In this document: positions 9,428 through 19,797 of the stretch, piece after piece
How the letters are laid out: each line of letters begins with the position of its first letter
How positions within the stretch are numbered: position 1 is the first letter of the stretch
IMG/VR virus record: IMGVR_UViG_3300013121_000029
Coordinates: 1 to 64,000 of that record
Length of the DNA stretch: 64,000 nt
From: a virus
Lineage: Duplodnaviria > Caudoviricetes
Direction: 5' to 3' (one strand)
The notes under the pieces: generated by a model
The model's input: only the letters and a program-made list of their open reading frames with translations
Told to the model about the DNA's origin: nothing
The model's database searches: none
Position numbers and translations under genes: made by a program

Positions 9428-10723
9428 ATGGGTTATACTTTAATAGATAGACGTAAAAACGGAAAAAACAAAAGTGTTGTTAACCGTCAGAAATTTATTA
9501 AAAGAGTACAACAGAAAATTAAAAAATCTGTGGACGATTTTATTAAAGACAAAAACATAACAGACGTTATTAATAATGACAATAAAAACATTAATATTCC
9601 TGTTGGAGATATTAGTGAACCGACTTTTCATCATAAGCCAAACTCAGGGAACAACGAAGGTGTGTTACCTGGAAATAAGAAGTTTAATCCTGGTGATACC
9701 ATAGATAAACCACCTTCTGGTGGTGGAGGCAAAGGAAACAAAGCCTCCAAAGATGGGGAGCATGAAGACGATTTCGTCTTCACTTTGTCCAAGGAAGAAT
9801 TCTTACAATTCTTATTTGAAGGTTTGGAATTACCTGATATGATAACTAAAGAATTATCTCTTGTTGAAGAATTGAAACCTCAACGAGCAGGATTTTCGAC
9901 TGATGGCAATCCAAGTAGACTTGATTTGTTACAGTCCATGAGACAATCTATCGGACGTCGATTTGCTTTACGTAATCCTAAAAGAAAGGAACTTCGTGAA
10001 TTGGAACAAGAATTACAAGAGTTAAACGCTAAATCGTCTTTAACGGATGATGAAAATAAAAGGAAACAAGAAGTTGAACAACGTATTATCGTGCTTAAGC
10101 GTAAGTTAAAAGCAATTCCATTCGTGGATACCAATGATTTACGTTATAGACAATTTATCAAAGAGATTGTACCGATTCATAAAGCTGTTATGTTTAGTGT
10201 GATGGACGTATCAGGCAGTATGACAGAATTTAAGAAAGATTTAGCAAAAAGATTTTTTATGTTGTTGTATTTGTTCTTAGAACGTAATTATGAACAAATT
10301 GATATCGTGTTTATTAAACATCACTCTGAAGCAAGAGAAGTAGATGAGCAAGACTTCTTTTATGGAAAAGAAAGTGGTGGTACTGTCGTTTCGACTGCAC
10401 TCGAATTAACAAGAGATATCATAAAAGAACGTTATCCAATTAATCAATGGAATATTTACATTGCTCAAGCATCTGATGGCGACAATTATGATGACGATAA
10501 TGAATTGGTTAGAGATATAATTTTAAACGATTTAATGCCGTTGATTCAATGTTATTATTATATTGAAATCCAACAAAATAATGGTTGGGATAATTCAACA
10601 CTTTGGCCATTGTATGAACAACTGCAAGCAGCATCAAGAAAAATGCAAGTTGCTCAGGTGGCTGATGTGGGAGATATCTATCCAGTGTTTAGAAATCTTT
10701 TTCAAAAAAGGAATAAAGTATGA
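9428..10723 (+). CDS. yeaH: YeaH/YhbH (DUF444) VWA-like protein
   Basis: IDRR.NGKNKS.VNRQ.F, MDVSGSM, ESGGTVVS, AQASDGDN; follows prkA. Confidence 0.95.
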   Translation: MGYTLIDRRKNGKNKSVVNRQKFIKRVQQKIKKSVDDFIKDKNITDVINNDNKNINIPVGDISEPTFHHKPNSGNNEGVLPGNKKFNPGDTIDKPPSGGGGKGNKASKDGEHEDDFVFTLSKEEFLQFLFEGLELPDMITKELSLVEELKPQRAGFSTDGNPSRLDLLQSMRQSIGRRFALRNPKRKELRELEQELQELNAKSSLTDDENKRKQEVEQRIIVLKRKLKAIPFVDTNDLRYRQFIKEIVPIHKAVMFSVMDVSGSMTEFKKDLAKRFFMLLYLFLERNYEQIDIVFIKHHSEAREVDEQDFFYGKESGGTVVSTALELTRDIIKERYPINQWNIYIAQASDGDNYDDDNELVRDIILNDLMPLIQCYYYIEIQQNNGWDNSTLWPLYEQLQAASRKMQVAQVADVGDIYPVFRNLFQKRNKV

Positions 10724-13062
10724 GAGATGAAAGCAAACTAATTACAAAAGACAGTGATTGGAGTCCTGAAATTCTTCAACGTTTTATTGAAGAAATCGAT
10801 ACAATTGCTAAAGAAGAATTACAATTAGAAACATATCCAAACCAGATTGAAATCATTTCTTCGGAACAAATGTTAGATGCTTATTGTGTATCACCTGATC
10901 ATAAACTTTTAAGATCAGATTTAAAATGGGTCGAAGCCGGCAACATTAACATTGGAGACGTTGTGTTAAGTTTTGACGAATATGGGCCACATCGTCGTTT
11001 TCGTTCTGGCACAGTACTACAACACGTAATTGAGCCAGCTCCTGTTTATGCTGTAACATTATCTTCAGGAAAAGTATTTAAGGTTACAGGGGAACATAAG
11101 TGGTTAGTTAGACAAAAAAAAGGAAAAGCTTCAACATTAAAGTGGGTAACAACGTTAAATTTACGTGATAATAATCACAAATACGATGCTTCTTGTATTC
11201 CGAAAGTATTAGACGTATGGGAACATGATCAGAGTTACGATGCAGGATGGTTAGCTGGCATGTATGATGGTGAAGGATCAATTTTGAAACACTCTGTTCA
11301 GGCTCTCACAATTGCACAAAACGAAGGTCCGACATTAGATAAAATCAAGGATATATTAAGCAATAAAGGTTATACATACTATGAATCAGAAAAACCTGGT
11401 ACGAAAACTTGTAAGACTATTGGGATAACAGGGACATATTCAGATCGTTTAAAACTTCTCGGTTCTATAAGACCCGAGAGATTAGTATCAAAAATATCAT
11501 TTGATCAAATTGGATTAATGAAAACATCAAATCATGAAACAGTAATATCTGTTGTGTTGTTAGGCGTGCAAGATATTGCTAAGATTACAACATCAACGGG
11601 AACTTTTATATGCGATGGATATCCAATGCATAATTGTAGCGTAGCAATGCCAATTATGTATCCTCATTGGTCTTTTGGTAAACAATTTGTAGCTGAATCT
11701 TATGCTTATAGAAAGGGCAGAATGGGATTAGCATATGAAGTAGTTATTAACTCAAATCCTTGTATTGCATATTGTATGGAAGAAAATACTGCAATGATGC
11801 AAGCATTAGTAATTGCTCATGCTTCTTATGGCCATAATGCTTTCTTTAAAAATAATTATCTATTTAAGCAGTGGACTGATGCAGAATCTATTATTGATTA
11901 TCTTGTGTTTGCAAAAAAATATATTATGGATTGTGAAGAAAATTACGGAAGCGATATTGTAGAACAAACATTAGATGCTTGCCATGCTTTAATGAATTAT
12001 GGGGTTGACAAATATACTAAACCAGAACGTTTGTCATTATCAGAAGAACGTGATAGACAAGAACAACGAAATGAATATGTACGTTTACAAGCAAACGATT
12101 TATGGAGAACAATTCCGAATTATGTAAAAGAATCAGAACCTAAACCGATTCATTTCAGTGAACGTAACAAGAAGGTAACAACATTAGACGAGCCTCAGGA
12201 AAACATCTTATATTTCCTCGAGAAAAATGCTCCTAATCTTGAAGACTGGCAACGTGAAGTTGTACGAATTGTCCGTAAAGTAGCACAATATTTTTATCCT
12301 CAACGTCAAACTCAAGTAGGTAACGAAGGTTTTGCTACATGGACTCACCATACAATTATGAACAGATTATATGACAAGGGATTGATTAGTGAAGGATTTA
12401 TGTTAGAATTTATTCAATCTCACACTGCTGTTGTTGCACAACCATCTTTTGATAGTCCGTATTATAATGGAATTAATCCTTATGCTTTAGGATTTGCAAT
12501 GTTCAAGGATATTGAACGTATTAGTACAGATCCGACAGACGAAGATAAAGAATGGTTTGCACATCAAGAATGGGTTGGTAATGGTAAGCCATATGATAAT
12601 GTTAAATGGGCTGCATTTAATTTTAAAGACGAAAGTTTCATTAGACAATTCTTAAGTCCAACAGTTATGCGCATGTTTAAGATGTTTACATTATATGATG
12701 AAGACGGAAGCGATCATTATGTTGTAACAAGCATTCATAATCTTGATGGTTATCGTCATATTAGAGAAACTCTTGCTAATCAATATACTTTAGTAATGAG
12801 AGAACCTAATATTCAAATTACGCATGTGCATTTTAAGGGGGATAGATCCTTGTATCTTACTCATCAAATTGCAAACGATAAATTATTGGACGAACGTGAT
12901 GCTATGAGAGTCATGTATTATTTGTCCTCTTTGTGGCAATTTGATGTGGTAATGGACTCTGTTAGTTATGATAAAGACAATGACGAACTTGCATCTAGAG
13001 CATCCTATGCAATTAAAGATGGCCAACCAGTTATTGAATATTTCATGGAAGACTCAAAGTAG
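10720..13062 (+). CDS. ycgB: SpoVR/YcgB family protein containing an intein
   Basis: YPNQIEII..EQM.DAY, MPI.YPHWSFGK, AHA.YGHN.FFKNN, NEG.ATW.H, NPYALG. Confidence 0.95.
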   Translation: MRDESKLITKDSDWSPEILQRFIEEIDTIAKEELQLETYPNQIEIISSEQMLDAYCVSPDHKLLRSDLKWVEAGNINIGDVVLSFDEYGPHRRFRSGTVLQHVIEPAPVYAVTLSSGKVFKVTGEHKWLVRQKKGKASTLKWVTTLNLRDNNHKYDASCIPKVLDVWEHDQSYDAGWLAGMYDGEGSILKHSVQALTIAQNEGPTLDKIKDILSNKGYTYYESEKPGTKTCKTIGITGTYSDRLKLLGSIRPERLVSKISFDQIGLMKTSNHETVISVVLLGVQDIAKITTSTGTFICDGYPMHNCSVAMPIMYPHWSFGKQFVAESYAYRKGRMGLAYEVVINSNPCIAYCMEENTAMMQALVIAHASYGHNAFFKNNYLFKQWTDAESIIDYLVFAKKYIMDCEENYGSDIVEQTLDACHALMNYGVDKYTKPERLSLSEERDRQEQRNEYVRLQANDLWRTIPNYVKESEPKPIHFSERNKKVTTLDEPQENILYFLEKNAPNLEDWQREVVRIVRKVAQYFYPQRQTQVGNEGFATWTHHTIMNRLYDKGLISEGFMLEFIQSHTAVVAQPSFDSPYYNGINPYALGFAMFKDIERISTDPTDEDKEWFAHQEWVGNGKPYDNVKWAAFNFKDESFIRQFLSPTVMRMFKMFTLYDEDGSDHYVVTSIHNLDGYRHIRETLANQYTLVMREPNIQITHVHFKGDRSLYLTHQIANDKLLDERDAMRVMYYLSSLWQFDVVMDSVSYDKDNDELASRASYAIKDGQPVIEYFMEDSK
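10885..11634 (+). mobile_element. intein (250 aa) with LAGLIDADG endonuclease motif
   Basis: Starts CVSPDHKLL, TGEH block B, WLAGMYDGEG, ends FICDGYPMHN followed by Cys; removal restores DAY|CSVAMP. Confidence 0.92.
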
Positions 13063-13099
13063 TATAAATACAATATACTACTTTGGTTACGAGACACGC

Positions 13100-13621
13100 A
13101 TGAATTTAATTGCAGACATTAATACTGAATTATTAACAGAGCAAGAGGCGTTTCAATGTTTGACAGAGAATTTTGAAAAATGTAAACTTGCCTCCCCTTT
13201 ATTGAAAGACATGGAATTAAATGTCTTTATGGAAGCAGCATCGAATATATTACACAATTTAGCATTGCAAGCGTCCCAAGGAAAAATTAAAAATGCTGAA
13301 GATGCAATTGACATTGTAACTATATTAAAAGTAATGCAAAATCCTGAATATCGTGAAGCATTAGAAGATTCTATCAATCAGAAACAATTTTCTGTTGTTG
13401 TACGACATTTAGGTGATGATCAACGTGTTGTTTCCTTCTTAAAGAAACAGGCACGTCATCCTTCGATTCAGTCTATTAAAGGCAGAGTCACAAAAGCGTT
13501 TAATTCTGTCGAAGAACCAGAACACGCTAAACAAGTAGCTCATTTTTTACAAAAAATGAGAATGGATTATGAGAAAATTCAATTAAAACTTCAACAGCAG
13601 GGACCTACCAAGAATGGGTAA
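13100..13621 (+). CDS. hypothetical protein
   Basis: TATAAATA at 13063-13070; likely start MNLIADINTELLTE. Confidence 0.65.
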   Translation: MNLIADINTELLTEQEAFQCLTENFEKCKLASPLLKDMELNVFMEAASNILHNLALQASQGKIKNAEDAIDIVTILKVMQNPEYREALEDSINQKQFSVVVRHLGDDQRVVSFLKKQARHPSIQSIKGRVTKAFNSVEEPEHAKQVAHFLQKMRMDYEKIQLKLQQQGPTKNG

Positions 13622-13673
13622 AGTTAAAGATAGTGCTGTTGAATCATCAACTTGTGAATGTCCTTCACACGTA

Positions 13674-13705
13674 AAGGCGAATTGATCTTTCAATTCGCCT
13701 TTTTT
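13674..13705 (+). terminator. hairpin/terminator
   Basis: AAAGGCGAATTGA-TCTT-TCAATTCGCCTTTTTT. Confidence 0.7.
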
Positions 13706-13729
13706 ATTTCCATCAATAAGGAGTTTACC

Positions 13730-14497
13730 ATGGGAAGAAAAGCTGCAAATAGAAAACACCAACAACAAATAATAGAGATGAGTAACATGTTACATAATAA
13801 CATAAATGCACAAATGGACGGACCAAAAAGAAAAAAATGGTCCTCACATGATCTCAAAAATATTCAACCTATGACAGATCGACAACGCGATATGTTTGAG
13901 TGTTTCTTTAGTGGCCAACACGTGTGTGCATATGGTTCTGCAGGAGTAGGAAAAACATACATTGCTATGTATCTTGCTCTTAGAGAGGTTTTAGACAAAG
14001 ATCAACCACAAGATCATGTAATTATTGTTCGTACTACTGTCCAAGGACGTGACCAAGGTCACATGCCAGGAACAAAAGAAGAGAAGGAAGCAATGTTTGA
14101 ATTGCCATATAAAGATATCTTGTGGGATTTAATTGGTAGAGCTAGTACCTACGATGATATGAAAGAAGTTAATTTGGTACGATTCATGTCAACCTCCGCA
14201 ATTCGTGGTTTAACATGGGATAATGCAATCATTGTTATTGATGAATTTCAAAACATGACATGGTCTGAGTTTGATAGTATCGTTACACGTGTCGGTGTAA
14301 ATTCTAAACTTATTGTTTGTGGCGACATTCATCATCAATGTGACTTGAAGAAGCATGAAGAATCAGGAGCACAAAAGGCAATGAAAGTAATGCAATCGAT
14401 GGATAAATTTGGTTGTATTCAATTCACTAAAGACGATATTGTGCGTTCTGAATTTGTTAAGAAGTGGATCGAAGCTAGAGAAAAACTAGGTCTTTGA
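13730..14497 (+). CDS. phoH: PhoH-like ATPase
   Basis: GSAGVGKT, RGLTWDNAIIVIDEFQN, TRVG, GD..Q.D, DIVRS; AAGGAG before ATG 13730. Confidence 0.93.
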   Translation: MGRKAANRKHQQQIIEMSNMLHNNINAQMDGPKRKKWSSHDLKNIQPMTDRQRDMFECFFSGQHVCAYGSAGVGKTYIAMYLALREVLDKDQPQDHVIIVRTTVQGRDQGHMPGTKEEKEAMFELPYKDILWDLIGRASTYDDMKEVNLVRFMSTSAIRGLTWDNAIIVIDEFQNMTWSEFDSIVTRVGVNSKLIVCGDIHHQCDLKKHEESGAQKAMKVMQSMDKFGCIQFTKDDIVRSEFVKKWIEAREKLGL

Positions 14498-14515
14498 ACG
14501 AGTTAAAATAAATAT

Positions 14516-14545
14516 AAGTAGGTCCTTTACAGGGACCTACTTTTT
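14516..14545 (+). terminator. Rho-independent terminator
   Basis: AAGTAGGTCC-TTTACAG-GGACCTACTTTTT. Confidence 0.7.
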
Positions 14546-14561
14546 TATAGGAATCTAACAA

Positions 14562-15155
14562 ATGACAGTGATGGAAATTTTTCAAGCGATTGGTGTTATA
14601 GCAACAGGAGCTGCAGCTGTGGCAACTGCTTGGATCAAAGTTGTAGTACCAACAATTAATTTTGTTAAAAAGATTAAAAAATCATTTGATGTGATAGAAG
14701 CAATGAGTGAGCAATTTGCAACTAATGGTGGCTCATCTTTACGCGATGCAATCAATCGAATCGAAGCAAGACAAATTCTTCAAGAGCAAAGACATAAATT
14801 ATTATCTATGGACGCTCCGTTTGCGATTTTTGAAACGAGTCCGAGTGGAGATTTCGTTGATGTGAATAGAACATTTTGCCGTTGGGTAGGGCGTTCGACA
14901 GAAGAACTGCTCACAAAAGGATGGCTTAATACTCTTTCGCCAGCATGGCGCGATACAGTATTTGAAGAATGGCAGAATTCCGTCAGTCAACAACGTGAAT
15001 TCTCCATGAAATTTAGATTGATAGACCTTGAGAATGATACATTACCTGTATTCGGTACTGCTTTCCCTCTTTACGATTCGAAGAAGAATTTAGTAGGATG
15101 GATTGGAATGATTTACAAGGTCGATCTTCCAGAAGAAGTTCCAGACTCTCCGTAA
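14562..15155 (+). CDS. single-TM protein with coiled segment and C-terminal PAS domain
   Basis: Hydrophobic N-terminus, NGGSSLRDAINRIE, then PFAIFETSPSGDFVDVNRTFCRWVG.STEELL..GW...L.P and LVGWIG PAS/PAC pattern. Confidence 0.8.
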   Translation: MTVMEIFQAIGVIATGAAAVATAWIKVVVPTINFVKKIKKSFDVIEAMSEQFATNGGSSLRDAINRIEARQILQEQRHKLLSMDAPFAIFETSPSGDFVDVNRTFCRWVGRSTEELLTKGWLNTLSPAWRDTVFEEWQNSVSQQREFSMKFRLIDLENDTLPVFGTAFPLYDSKKNLVGWIGMIYKVDLPEEVPDSP

Positions 15156-15161
15156 TATCTA

Positions 15162-15190
15162 TTGACTTTTCTTTTATTTTAATGTATTAT
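15162..15190 (+). promoter_or_regulatory. sigma70-type promoter
   Basis: TTGACT-N17-TATTAT. Confidence 0.7.
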
Positions 15191-15209
15191 AATCAAAAGA
15201 GAAGTTAAC

Positions 15210-15413
15210 ATGAGATCTCGCAATAAGACGTATCTATACAATAACGTCGAAGTTAAATTAACAGGAAGATATACCACGAAAAAACGTACGAGACAACGTC
15301 AAGAAATTGATGTGTACGTTTTTGAGGTCGAACCTGTTGACACATTCGATGGAGCTTGGAAGAAATGGGCCAACGACGAAGATCTGCTTGATATTAATAC
15401 AATGGAGAATTAA
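15210..15413 (+). CDS. hypothetical protein
   Basis: Short ORF after promoter, abutting thyA. Confidence 0.6.
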   Translation: MRSRNKTYLYNNVEVKLTGRYTTKKRTRQRQEIDVYVFEVEPVDTFDGAWKKWANDEDLLDINTMEN

Positions 15414-16319
15414 ATGGCAGACGTATATCATGATCGTCAATACTTGGAATTACTTCAAGATATTTTAGATAATGGAACATGGCAAGAAAATCGCACAGGA
15501 ATACGAACAAAATTTATTCCTGGAGCAATGATTAAATATGATCTTCGTAAAGCCTTTCCTGCCTTTACTTCAAAACAATTAGCATTCAAAGCTTGCAAGG
15601 GAGAATTAATTGGCTTCTTAAGAGGATATACTAATGCTGCTGATTTTCGTAAACTTGATTGTAAAATTTGGGACCAAAATGCAAACGAAAATAAAGATTG
15701 GTTGAATAATCCTAACAGAAAAGGAACAGACGATCTTGGTGTTGTGTATGGTGCAATGTGGAGACGATGGCCGATTAATCATTCTGAACGAGGGGTAATG
15801 TGGGCTGGTAAATACATTGATCAAGTTAACGAAGTGTTGCAAAAATTATATACTAACCCTACTGATCGTCGTATGATCATTTCAGGATGGAATCCAGAAT
15901 ATTTTGATAGAATGGCATTGCCCCCATGTCACGTATTATATCAGTTTATTGCAAATATTCAAACAAAAGAACTACATCTTTGTATGTATCAACGTTCCAA
16001 TGACGAATTCTTGGGCACCCCTTTTAATGTTGCAAGTGCTAGTATGTTTTTAACATTAATGGCTAATTTAACAGGGTTTACTCCTGCCACGTTTACACAT
16101 TTTATGGCAGATGCTCATATCTATGAAAATCATATTGAAGCAGTACAAGAACTATTAAGCAGAGATCCTTATCCTTCTCCAACATTAATATACTCAGGAC
16201 CAAAATATGATGACACTAACAAATTTGACGCGTCTGTTTTTGATAAGATTCTCCCTGAACATTTTACTTTAGTTAATTATCAATCTCACCCTGCCATTAA
16301 AGTACCCATGGCTGTTTAA
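15414..16319 (+). CDS. thyA: thymidylate synthase
   Basis: NRTG, DLGVVYG, MALPPCH, YQRS.D.FLG.PFN, DAHIYENH. Confidence 0.97.
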   Translation: MADVYHDRQYLELLQDILDNGTWQENRTGIRTKFIPGAMIKYDLRKAFPAFTSKQLAFKACKGELIGFLRGYTNAADFRKLDCKIWDQNANENKDWLNNPNRKGTDDLGVVYGAMWRRWPINHSERGVMWAGKYIDQVNEVLQKLYTNPTDRRMIISGWNPEYFDRMALPPCHVLYQFIANIQTKELHLCMYQRSNDEFLGTPFNVASASMFLTLMANLTGFTPATFTHFMADAHIYENHIEAVQELLSRDPYPSPTLIYSGPKYDDTNKFDASVFDKILPEHFTLVNYQSHPAIKVPMAV

Positions 16320-16321
16320 CG

Positions 16322-16350
16322 TTGATTTACATATTTAAATAATATATAAT
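16322..16350 (+). promoter_or_regulatory. sigma70-type promoter
   Basis: TTGATT-N17-TATAAT. Confidence 0.7.
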
Positions 16351-16374
16351 ACTCTTATCTATTGAGGTAAGAGT

Positions 16375-18315
16375 ATGAATATCGATACCATTATTGCAAC
16401 CATCAACGATGTCTTAAACGGCAACGATGAGCACGAAGTAACAGATCTTATTGAAATGCTTAAAGTGTTAGATGATTATTACTACAATGATAATCCAATT
16501 ATCGACGATTCTTTATACGATTCCTTTTATAATTATGTGAAAAGCTGTAATCCATCCAATGTATATTTTATTGGGGTCGGATCGCAAGTTCGTGGCGGAA
16601 AAGTTCCTCTACCGCATGCAATGCCTTCTCTAAATCAAATCCAAATTGGCGAAATAACACAATGGGTTCGTGATAATAATTTGTATGATGAAGAGTTAAT
16701 TATTACAGATAAACTTGACGGTGCATCTGCAATGATTATCTACGATTCCCAAGGAAAATTGCAAATATCATTTAGTCGTGGCGACGGTATTCAAGGTGCT
16801 GACACGACACGTCATACTAGTAGAATGAAACATCTTCCTCAAGCTATTTCAAAAACGATGGAAGTAAGATGCGAAGTAGAAATCTCAGAACCGAATTTCT
16901 CAATCATTAAAAACATGGTATCTTCAAGTAGTGGAGAGCCTTATCGTAATGCACGAAATATGGTAAGTGGATTGATGAATGCATCCACTAATCCTTCAAT
17001 TGTTTATGATTACATAAACGTAATTGCTTATTCTATTTTAGGACCGAGTGATAAGTCAAAAGAAGAACAGTTATTGGAATTAAAAAATGAGGGATTTGAA
17101 ATTCCACATTTCACAAAGATTCAAGGCAAGTATTTAACAGATGAATATCTTGCTAACTATATTAATGAACGAAGAGCAAATAATCCGTTTGCTATTGACG
17201 GTATTGTAATTGACGTCAATCGTAGTGAGTTGAGAAAACAGCTTGATGTTAATGTGGATGAAGGTAATCCAAAATCATCAATCAAATATAAAGTAGCTGA
17301 TGCTTCTAATCAATATGCTGCAACTGTAAATTATGTTGAATGGAATATTTCTAAACATGGTTATTTAAAACCTCGTGTAGTATTCCATCCTTTCCCTCTT
17401 GCAGGAGTTACTGTTACTCATACAACAGGATATAATGCAAAATACATTTTAGATAATAATATTGGACCTGGTACAGTGTGTATTGTATCACGTTGTGGAG
17501 ATGTAGTTCCTAATATTATGAGTATGGTTAAGGCAACAAAAGCCCAGATGCCTACAGAAAATTGGAAATGGAATGAGACAGGAGTAGATGCTGTTTTAAC
17601 TGAAGTAAATCAAAGTGAGGAAGTTAAAATTCTACAATTATTAGACTTCTGCTCTTCACTTGATTTTCCACATTTGAAAGAAGGAAATGTGAGAAAGTTG
17701 TATGAAGATGGTATTAAAACTCCATATGATATTGTGAATATTACAATGGTACAAGCAACAAGATCTCTTGGCTCAAATGGTATCAAAGCATATCACGGTA
17801 TTCGTGAGAGGTTAAGTGATGTTGCATTGAGTGATGTTATGGGTGCATATCCATCTTTCGGACGAGGAATTGGACAACGCAAAATGAAAAAACTTGTCGA
17901 AGCATTGGGAGATGATCCTCATGCTTCAATATGGAATGGAGTAGCCATTTCGATGGTTGAAGGATTTGACACCAAGACAGCAAGTTTAGTAATGAATGGA
18001 TTAGAATCGTTTTTAGACTTTTATGATAAAACCCAAAATGTTATAACATATAAAGGAAAAGGGGTAAAGGTTGAAGGGAAATTAACAGGACATAAGATTG
18101 TAATGACAGGGTTTAGAGATAAGGAATTAGAGAAACGTGTAGAAGAGCTAGGTGGTGAGAATCAAAGTGCTGTAAGTGCAAAAACGACAATTGTTGTTGC
18201 TGCTGATCCTGATAGTACTTCAGGTAAAGCTAGCAAAGCACGTGAATTGACAGCATCAGGAAAAGCAAATATTAAAGTAATGAGTGTTAAACAATTTAAG
18301 GAATTTGTTTCATGA
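16375..18315 (+). CDS. ligA: NAD+-dependent DNA ligase
   Basis: YY...PIIDD..YD, MPSL, KLDG, SRGDG..G.D, DGIV, GDVVP, C-terminal BRCT (VMTGFRD). Confidence 0.95.
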   Translation: MNIDTIIATINDVLNGNDEHEVTDLIEMLKVLDDYYYNDNPIIDDSLYDSFYNYVKSCNPSNVYFIGVGSQVRGGKVPLPHAMPSLNQIQIGEITQWVRDNNLYDEELIITDKLDGASAMIIYDSQGKLQISFSRGDGIQGADTTRHTSRMKHLPQAISKTMEVRCEVEISEPNFSIIKNMVSSSSGEPYRNARNMVSGLMNASTNPSIVYDYINVIAYSILGPSDKSKEEQLLELKNEGFEIPHFTKIQGKYLTDEYLANYINERRANNPFAIDGIVIDVNRSELRKQLDVNVDEGNPKSSIKYKVADASNQYAATVNYVEWNISKHGYLKPRVVFHPFPLAGVTVTHTTGYNAKYILDNNIGPGTVCIVSRCGDVVPNIMSMVKATKAQMPTENWKWNETGVDAVLTEVNQSEEVKILQLLDFCSSLDFPHLKEGNVRKLYEDGIKTPYDIVNITMVQATRSLGSNGIKAYHGIRERLSDVALSDVMGAYPSFGRGIGQRKMKKLVEALGDDPHASIWNGVAISMVEGFDTKTASLVMNGLESFLDFYDKTQNVITYKGKGVKVEGKLTGHKIVMTGFRDKELEKRVEELGGENQSAVSAKTTIVVAADPDSTSGKASKARELTASGKANIKVMSVKQFKEFVS

Positions 18316-18833
18316 CAAAATATGGTTTTAATACATTACGAACAGAACAAGAACTTGACAAATTACATCATGATGTCGATTTGTTTCTTAAACATTGTTT
18401 TATTGTTGATAGATTTACAGTGGTTAAGAGTTTAGTGGAAGGTGAAATATACTCATTAGCAACAACTAAATGTTCAAATACTTTTGAAGTATATAATATA
18501 GCAATTGTAACGCATGATGATAAAGAATTAGACCAATTTACTGTCGATCTTGAAGTAATGTTTAATGAACCACGTGTAATTGCTGTTGAACGTCATTATA
18601 TTCACGGTGATGGATGTTGTTATACGTTTAAAGGAAAAAACGTTGTAAATGTTTATATTGTTCCGCACTTTGGAATTAGTAATATGGTATCATATAATTT
18701 TAAAAATGGTGAAAAAATGAAAAGCATTTTTTGGCTTACCATTCCTAATACTTCTTCCATTAATTTGTTTGATCGTATAATTAACAACGAAACTATAGAG
18801 TATTATTCTGCGAGGAAATTCTGTGAAGATTAA
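18312..18833 (+). CDS. hypothetical protein
   Basis: ATGA overlap with ligA. Confidence 0.6.
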   Translation: MTKYGFNTLRTEQELDKLHHDVDLFLKHCFIVDRFTVVKSLVEGEIYSLATTKCSNTFEVYNIAIVTHDDKELDQFTVDLEVMFNEPRVIAVERHYIHGDGCCYTFKGKNVVNVYIVPHFGISNMVSYNFKNGEKMKSIFWLTIPNTSSINLFDRIINNETIEYYSARKFCED

Positions 18834-19338
18834 TTTGATTGTTGCCGTTGATAAAAATGGTGGATTTGGGAAGGAAGGTAAAATTCCGTGGCACTTTAAA
18901 TGTGATTTCAAACATTTTCAAAATATGACAAAGGGACATATTTGTGTAATGGGACGAACGACATACGAAGACATGGCTGAAATGATGAAAGCACGTGGAA
19001 AGGATATTAAAGATGGCATTCTTCCTGAACGTAAAAGTTATATGTTAAGTTCAGTTAGAAAGAAAGCAAAAGGAGTAACAGTAGCCAAGACTTTACAGGA
19101 AGTAATAGATAAGCATCCAGATGAAGAAATATGGATATTGGGTGGAGAGCGCTTGTTTAAAGAAGGATTGGATTTACGTGCCACTGCATATGTTACAGTA
19201 ATTGACAATGATTATAAATGTGATCGTTTTTTTCCTGTAGAAACGTTACAGGATTATTATAATATTGTCGATGGTAGACGCGAAGAAGAAAATAGTGTAA
19301 AATTAATGTTTATGAAATATGAGGCGAAACCAAAATAA
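18823..19338 (+). CDS. folA: dihydrofolate reductase
   Basis: LIVAVD.NGGFG.EGKIPW...D..HF, VMGRTTY, WILGG, CDRFFP. Confidence 0.95.
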   Translation: MKINLIVAVDKNGGFGKEGKIPWHFKCDFKHFQNMTKGHICVMGRTTYEDMAEMMKARGKDIKDGILPERKSYMLSSVRKKAKGVTVAKTLQEVIDKHPDEEIWILGGERLFKEGLDLRATAYVTVIDNDYKCDRFFPVETLQDYYNIVDGRREEENSVKLMFMKYEAKPK

Positions 19339-19379
19339 TGTATAAATACTATACAATCTATTATTTGGAGAGATAAGAT

Positions 19380-19787
19380 ATGACAAACTTTAAAGAAGCA
19401 CAAGCCTTTTTCGAGGCTGCAGGAATTGATGTACAAGCCGAGAATGTACAACGACTTATTGAAAATAACCTTCTTCAGCAATATAAAACACATTTTGGAT
19501 TTTTTGCTGCAGGTCCAACTACATTAAAGCAATTTCCTGATAAGAAAATTTACGGATTTGATACAGAAAATCATGGCCGTCGTTGGTATGCTATTGGAAA
19601 AAAAGGCGATCGCCTTGAAGGAAACATGTTTACTGTGGTCGGAGGATCGCCTGATGATTTGGGAGATTACCACATGGATAACAAGAATCCTCAAGAAAGA
19701 AAAAGGATTGGAGCAACTTATCAAATGTCTCAACAAGAAGTAGAAGCACTTATTAAGTATCTTCAGCATTTGGGAAAGTTAGAATAA
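19380..19787 (+). CDS. hypothetical protein
   Basis: TATAAATA at 19341, GGAG RBS. Confidence 0.65.
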   Translation: MTNFKEAQAFFEAAGIDVQAENVQRLIENNLLQQYKTHFGFFAAGPTTLKQFPDKKIYGFDTENHGRRWYAIGKKGDRLEGNMFTVVGGSPDDLGDYHMDNKNPQERKRIGATYQMSQQEVEALIKYLQHLGKLE

Positions 19788-19797
19788 AAGAATCAGA

